Origin: Octopus vulgaris
Lineage: Eukaryota
Direction of reading: 5' to 3'
Assembly: GCA_951406725.2 (NCBI GenBank)
Contig: OX597832.1
Location: 20,832,001 to 20,896,000 of the forward strand
Length of the DNA: 64,000 nucleotides
Positions 59,092 through 64,000 of the stretch are shown here, piece by piece. Each line of letters starts with the position of its first letter. Within the stretch, counting starts at the first letter, position 1. A model generated the notes under the pieces. That model ran no database searches. It saw nothing but the letters and a program-made list of their open reading frames with translations, and had not been told where the DNA came from. The position numbers and the translations under genes are program-made.

Positions 59092-59179
59092 ACAAGTTCC
59101 AAGGCCAATAATACTCTTCATCAAAACTGACACATATGTATCGGCTTTGATGAGGAGTATTCTTGACCTTAGAACCTGT
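59092..59179. repeat. Spacer-less imperfect palindrome (44-bp arms) centred on CATATG
   Basis: ACAAGTTCCAAGGCCAATAATACTCTTCATCAAAACTGACACAT pairs with ATGTATCGGCTTTGATGAGGAGTATTCTTGACCTTAGAACCTGT, with about 8 non-Watson-Crick positions. Confidence 0.85.
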
Positions 59180-59206
59180 CTTTTTTATATTAATACTTTA
59201 ATATAT

Positions 59207-59392
59207 ACGGCAATTTTCTTACTCCGTTTTCCTTTCTATTGGACTTACCTCTGTTTCTGAAGAAGAGCGTTGCTCGAAACGTTAAACCATCTTTCTTTGC
59301 GTCTCTGAGCGTCTGCTAATACTTTACATGTAACACGTCTTCGCGTTGTTAGTTCTTTTTTGTATGTGTTTATCTTCTTTTTGGGGATTTAC
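59207..59392 (+). mobile_element. ~190-bp hammerhead-bearing element, subfamily 1
   Basis: Reverse-complement homolog of 22322-22520 (CTGAGCGTC..TAATACT..CACGTC.TCGCGTTGTT..GGATT). Confidence 0.75.
59253..59287 (+). ncRNA. Minimal type-I hammerhead ribozyme with intact catalytic core
   Basis: GTTT-[CTGAAGA]-A-GAGC-GTT-GCTC-[GAAA]C-G[TT]-AAAC. CUGANGA, GAAA and UH are all present. Stem I is GUUU/AAAC, stem II is GAGC/GCUC, and stem III is the palindrome ACGU. Confidence 0.75.
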
Positions 59393-59725
59393 GATATATA
59401 TATGTATTTCTTTTTTGGATTTGGTTTGCAAGAGTCAAGACTATTGAAAAGGTTGCAAGACGCAACGAAGATCTTAGGAAAATACAAATAAGGAATAAGT
59501 GGAAATTTTACCGGTGGGTATGTTACATTATAAGGCACAAAAAAGAAAATGACTCTCCCCAGACAGAACAGCATATATATATATATATATATGAAATTTA
59601 TAAGTGAATCTAACGGATTTTGTATGTACCTTAAATGGCTTATAAATACCTTCCACGCTGCAATTGTCTTCGTTCCAGCACACGATCTCAGATCAGGTCA
59701 CTGGATATGCAAGTACATCGCCTTA

Positions 59726-59778
<53 letters not shown>

Positions 59779-59781
<3 letters not shown>

Positions 59782-59902
59782 GGTTTGCCTACTAAATCCA
59801 CGCAGAAAGCATTGGTAGACCTCAGACCATTGTAAAAAATACTTGTCTTGTATAACGCGCAGTGGGATTGAATCAGGAATCATGTGTTTGGAAAGCAAGC
59901 TT
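59779..59902 (-). mobile_element. Diverged SINE family A head
   Basis: GCAGTGGGATTGAATC..GGAAAGCAAGCTTCTTACCACACAG. Confidence 0.7.
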
Positions 59903-60294
59903 CTTACCACACAGACACACCTATATAAAAGCATATTCAATATTCTATATAGAAATACATGTGCCAAAACCTCGTACTTAATATAGAAGTGCTGAAGAAG
60001 CCACGTGGTTCTAAAATGAGAATAATGCGCCAATATTTCCAAGTTGTCTTCACAGAATGATTAATCTAGGAATCTGTGAATTGCCCCTAATGATGTGTGT
60101 ATCCTAACAGCATCAATTAATTAAGCTGTTGCAAACTGCTTCTGGGTGTAGGAAATAAAGGATTATTGAAGAACTATATATTGCCCGCCAGTGACCAATA
60201 TTTGGATATATTTTATTCTTTTTGCATTTAAATAACACGCTACAACTTACCATTTTTCTCTTATTCTTCCTTTACACACACGCACACACACACA

Positions 60295-60355
<61 letters not shown>

Positions 60356-60864
60356 GTATTAATGTGTGTGTGTAGCGAATTATATTGTAGCTACGCACAT
60401 ATATCCATACACAACTGTATTTTGGTATATACATATACATATATATATATATATATATATATTCATACATATATATATGTATAGATAGAGAGATAGAGAG
60501 ATAGATGCGAATGTATATATACATATTTTCATGCGTAAATGTAAATATAGATGTATATTTATATACCTATTTTTGCACACATACACACATACAACACTCA
60601 TATACACGTGCACATACAACACAGAGACACGTATAAATATGCTCACATACTTCATAACCATTAAATGAGACAAGCAAAGACATATTCTTGGGAAATCTCC
60701 ATGTTTGAGAATGTTTGGAAATTTATCATGTTCAGATGTATTTATACACCTCCGCATAAATGTATACACCTTCTGGCACATCCCTTGTTCCAAACGCATG
60801 TTTCTTTGTATGTACGTGTATATAATATATAATATTATATATTTTATATATACGTACATACATG

Positions 60865-60897
<33 letters not shown>

Positions 60898-61066
60898 CTT
60901 TTTTCTCTCCCTTTTTTTGTCTCGTTGTTTTCTCTGCGTCCCTTTCTGTAGAAGAGCGTAGGCTCGAAACATAAAAGACTTTTTCTATTGCTGAGCGTTA
61001 TACTAATACATCTGTTTGTTTTGTACACCATCTGTTTTCGTCTTTTTTTTTTCGTAAACTCTCCCT
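60898..61066 (+). mobile_element. Hammerhead-bearing element, subfamily 2
   Basis: Homolog of 25245-25453 with TA-rich flanks. Confidence 0.75.
60942..60977 (+). ncRNA. Minimal hammerhead-like motif, A6U variant, with stem III CpG decayed
   Basis: CTTT-CTGTAGA-A-GAGC-GTAG-GCTC-GAAAC-ATA-AAAG. Confidence 0.5.
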
Positions 61067-61219
61067 ATATATACGTACATATACTTCCATATATAATTAT
61101 ATATGCTTTGTATAGGTATGTATATGTTTATAATGCATATAGAGGCTGTTAGGGATAAATTTGATGATTGCTTTGCCTTCATTTTTCGGAAAGATTTATG
61201 AATTTTTGTACAGGAAAAT

Positions 61220-61330
61220 TACTCTAGGCACAAGGGGGAGGGTGCCAGATGATTATATCGACCCCAGTATGCAACTGGTACTTAATTAATCGACCCAGAA
61301 AGGTTGAAAGGCAAAATCGACCTCGGCAGT
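61220..61330 (-). mobile_element. SINE family B 3' fragment
   Basis: ATCGACCCCAGTATGCAACTGGTACTTAATTAATCGACCCAGAAAGGTTGAAAGGCAAAATCGACCTCGGC. Confidence 0.8.
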
Positions 61331-61499
61331 AATGCTGTAAATTTTGGTATCAAAATGAATGTTATTTTTTTCTTAAGATGGCGGATATGACATACGATAT
61401 CAGATAGTATATGACTTCTATTTCCAGCAGATGAAACAACCATAAACGGGTCACGTTCATAGGCTCGCACAACTAATTGAAGGTATTGTTCGTCCTGAT

Positions 61500-61647
61500 G
61501 GTTGTAATGGTGGCGGTGGTGATGGTGATGATGGTGATGATGATGACGATGGTGATACGAATGACTTCATAACATTCGTACGAGTTACATTGGTTTTACA
61601 ATAACCAATTTGTTCCTACAATCATTGTTAGTAGCAGTAGTAGTAGT

Positions 61648-61716
<69 letters not shown>

Positions 61717-62107
61717 TAGGTAGTAGTGATGGTGGTTATTGTGACCATGGTGGTAGGGATGGCGGTAGTTGTTGGGTGTTGATGATCGACATAGTATTGT
61801 TGGTAGCGGTTGTAGCCATGCTCCTGCCCCTCCTACTACTACTACTAATTGTGGTGGTGGTGGTGGTGGTGGTGGTGGTGGTGGTAGTAGTAGTCGTAGC
61901 AGTGCAGCTGTTGCCAATAAAAGCCACGACCACACTAATTTCGACGGCAAACCAGCTCACTTATTGGAATACAATGGATTACATTCAGCAGGGTGTAACT
62001 CACTTAGCCCCGACTTCGACGCTGTCCATGTTTGGCATCGCTGTCGTCATCACTGCCAGCACCATCGTCATCAGCATCTTCCTCACCCACATCTTTTTCC
62101 TCATCCG

Positions 62108-62169
<62 letters not shown>

Positions 62170-62775
62170 GCGACGTCGTCGTCATCATCATCATGCGTCG
62201 TCTTCGTCTTCATCGTCATCATCATCATCATCTAAGTCGTTGTCATCAACATCAGTGTTGTCGTCGTCGTCATTATCATCATCATCATCATCGCCATCAT
62301 CATCGTCATCGTCGTCGTCGTCATCATCATCATCACCATCATCACCATAATCATCATTGTCGTCGTCGTCATGTTTATCTTTGTCCTCTTCAATGTCATC
62401 CTCCTCCTCCTCCATTTCCTCCCCTACCTCCTCCGCCCCCTTCCTCCTCTTCGACACCATCATCATCATCATCATTGTCATAGGCCTTTGTTATCTCCGT
62501 CTCCGCCATCACTACGCTATGGTCGATGAGCTCGACCATCACCACAGCGACCATGATCGCTAACACTGTCATCATTATCAGCAGCATCATCATCATCATC
62601 ATCATCATCTTCACCAACAACATCATTATCAACATCATCATCATCAGCATCATTATCATCATCATCGTCCTTCTGTTTCTACTCCTTCCTCTCCTCCTCC
62701 TCCACTTTCCCTTCTTTTTCTTTCTTTTTGATTCATCATCATCATCATCGTCGTCGTCGTCATCATCGTCATCTT
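61500..62775. repeat. Compound trinucleotide low-complexity region (GTA, GCA, GGT, CAT, CGT)
   Basis: Directly visible. Confidence 0.85.
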
Positions 62776-63432
62776 TTTCCCGCTTCTTTTTTTCTTTTTC
62801 GTCATCTTCATTTTCTATTCCTCACCCCTTACCAAACTCCACCTTGCTTGTTCTCTCTATCTATCTGTCTATCTTTCTCTCCTTCTCTCACCCACTCCCC
62901 CTCCTTTTGTCCATCAAGCCCATCTCTCTCACCAGAACCCTCCAAACCCTCCCACTCCCCGCTCCACCCCCTCTCGCATCCACCCTCAAAATAGACGGAG
63001 ATGACCTAAAATTACTCTTAATAAAAAGCCATGTTACCTGTCTTTCTTGCACCAAATTCTATTAGAGACTACCAGCTACACCCTTATCATTAAGGCTTTT
63101 TGTGGCAAGATCGACCTATTGTCAAGACCCTTTTCTCTTCTAAATTGACTCCCTAATATAATACAATCTGGGCCTAAATCAATTTGCAATCTTAATAAAA
63201 ACAGGTCTCTATATGCTTCATATTCTAATGTAATTCTACGCCGACCTCTCTTTTTCCTTCTCCTTATTTCTCTCCCTCTGTTTCTTTATTTCCATCTCTT
63301 CCCCTCTCTGCTCCTCTTTCTCTCTGTTTCTCTCTCGAGCTTTCTATTTATCTGCCTTTCTACCCTTCGATCTATCTATTTATCTATTCACCTATCTATC
63401 TATTTATATATCTATCTACCTATCTATCTCTA

Positions 63433-63518
<86 letters not shown>

Positions 63519-63761
63519 CCTATCTATCTATCTATCTTTATATCTAACTATCAATCTATTAATGTTTTCCCCCACTGAATATTTCTCATTCATTCCTTGT
63601 CTTCTTCCTCTCTCCCTCTTTCTCTCTCACTTTCTATAAATAATCTCTCTTCCCTCTCTGTCTCTCATCATAATAAATTTCCCTCTATCTCTCTCTCCGT
63701 CTCCCCCATTCACTTCTCTCTCATAGTTTCTTACTATAAATAATCTTTCTCAACACATCGC

Positions 63762-63794
<33 letters not shown>

Positions 63795-64000
63795 TTCCCT
63801 CACTATGACTATTGTTCCTCTATCTCTCTCCTTCTCTTACTCCTCTCCATTCATCTCTCCCTACATTTAATTTTTCTCTCTTTCTATCTCTTTCTTTCAC
63901 CCTCTATTTCTCTTCTTCTCTTACTCCTCTCTATTCAACCGTCCATACATTTCATCGCGCTCTCTCTCTCTCTCCCTCTCTCTCCCTCACTTTCTATCAC

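Noticed and set aside
61585-62483. Gly/His/Ser/Thr-rich overlapping ORFs
   Set aside because: A compound trinucleotide tract with no recognisable domain. A low-complexity exon cannot be fully excluded without RNA-seq.

Overview
AT-rich eukaryotic non-coding DNA (intronic or intergenic), saturated with microsatellites: (TA)n, (CA)n, (TAGA)n, (TACA)n, (TAA)n, (GAT)n and (GGT)n. The repeat families and microsatellite density resemble an octopus or other cephalopod genome; this is inferred from recollection, not from a database search. No intact host protein-coding gene is supported, and almost all ORFs in the track are microsatellite translations. Supported features: three tRNA-derived SINE families in many copies; 5'-truncated R4/Dong-type (RLE) LINE fragments in (TAA)n at 51.9-56.8 kb; a CR1/L2-like 3' end; a decayed L1/Tx1-like end; non-autonomous Helitron pieces; a decayed Penelope-type GIY-YIG endonuclease; and a probable RAD51D-like pseudogene fragment. 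The most interesting signal is a set of minimal type-I hammerhead ribozyme motifs carried by ~200-bp elements next to (TA)n. One copy has an intact core (59253-59287). A subfamily carries U at core position 6. A ~360-bp inverted repeat (16999-17356) has a U3-A8 covariant hammerhead candidate in each arm. All folding and alignments were done by eye.
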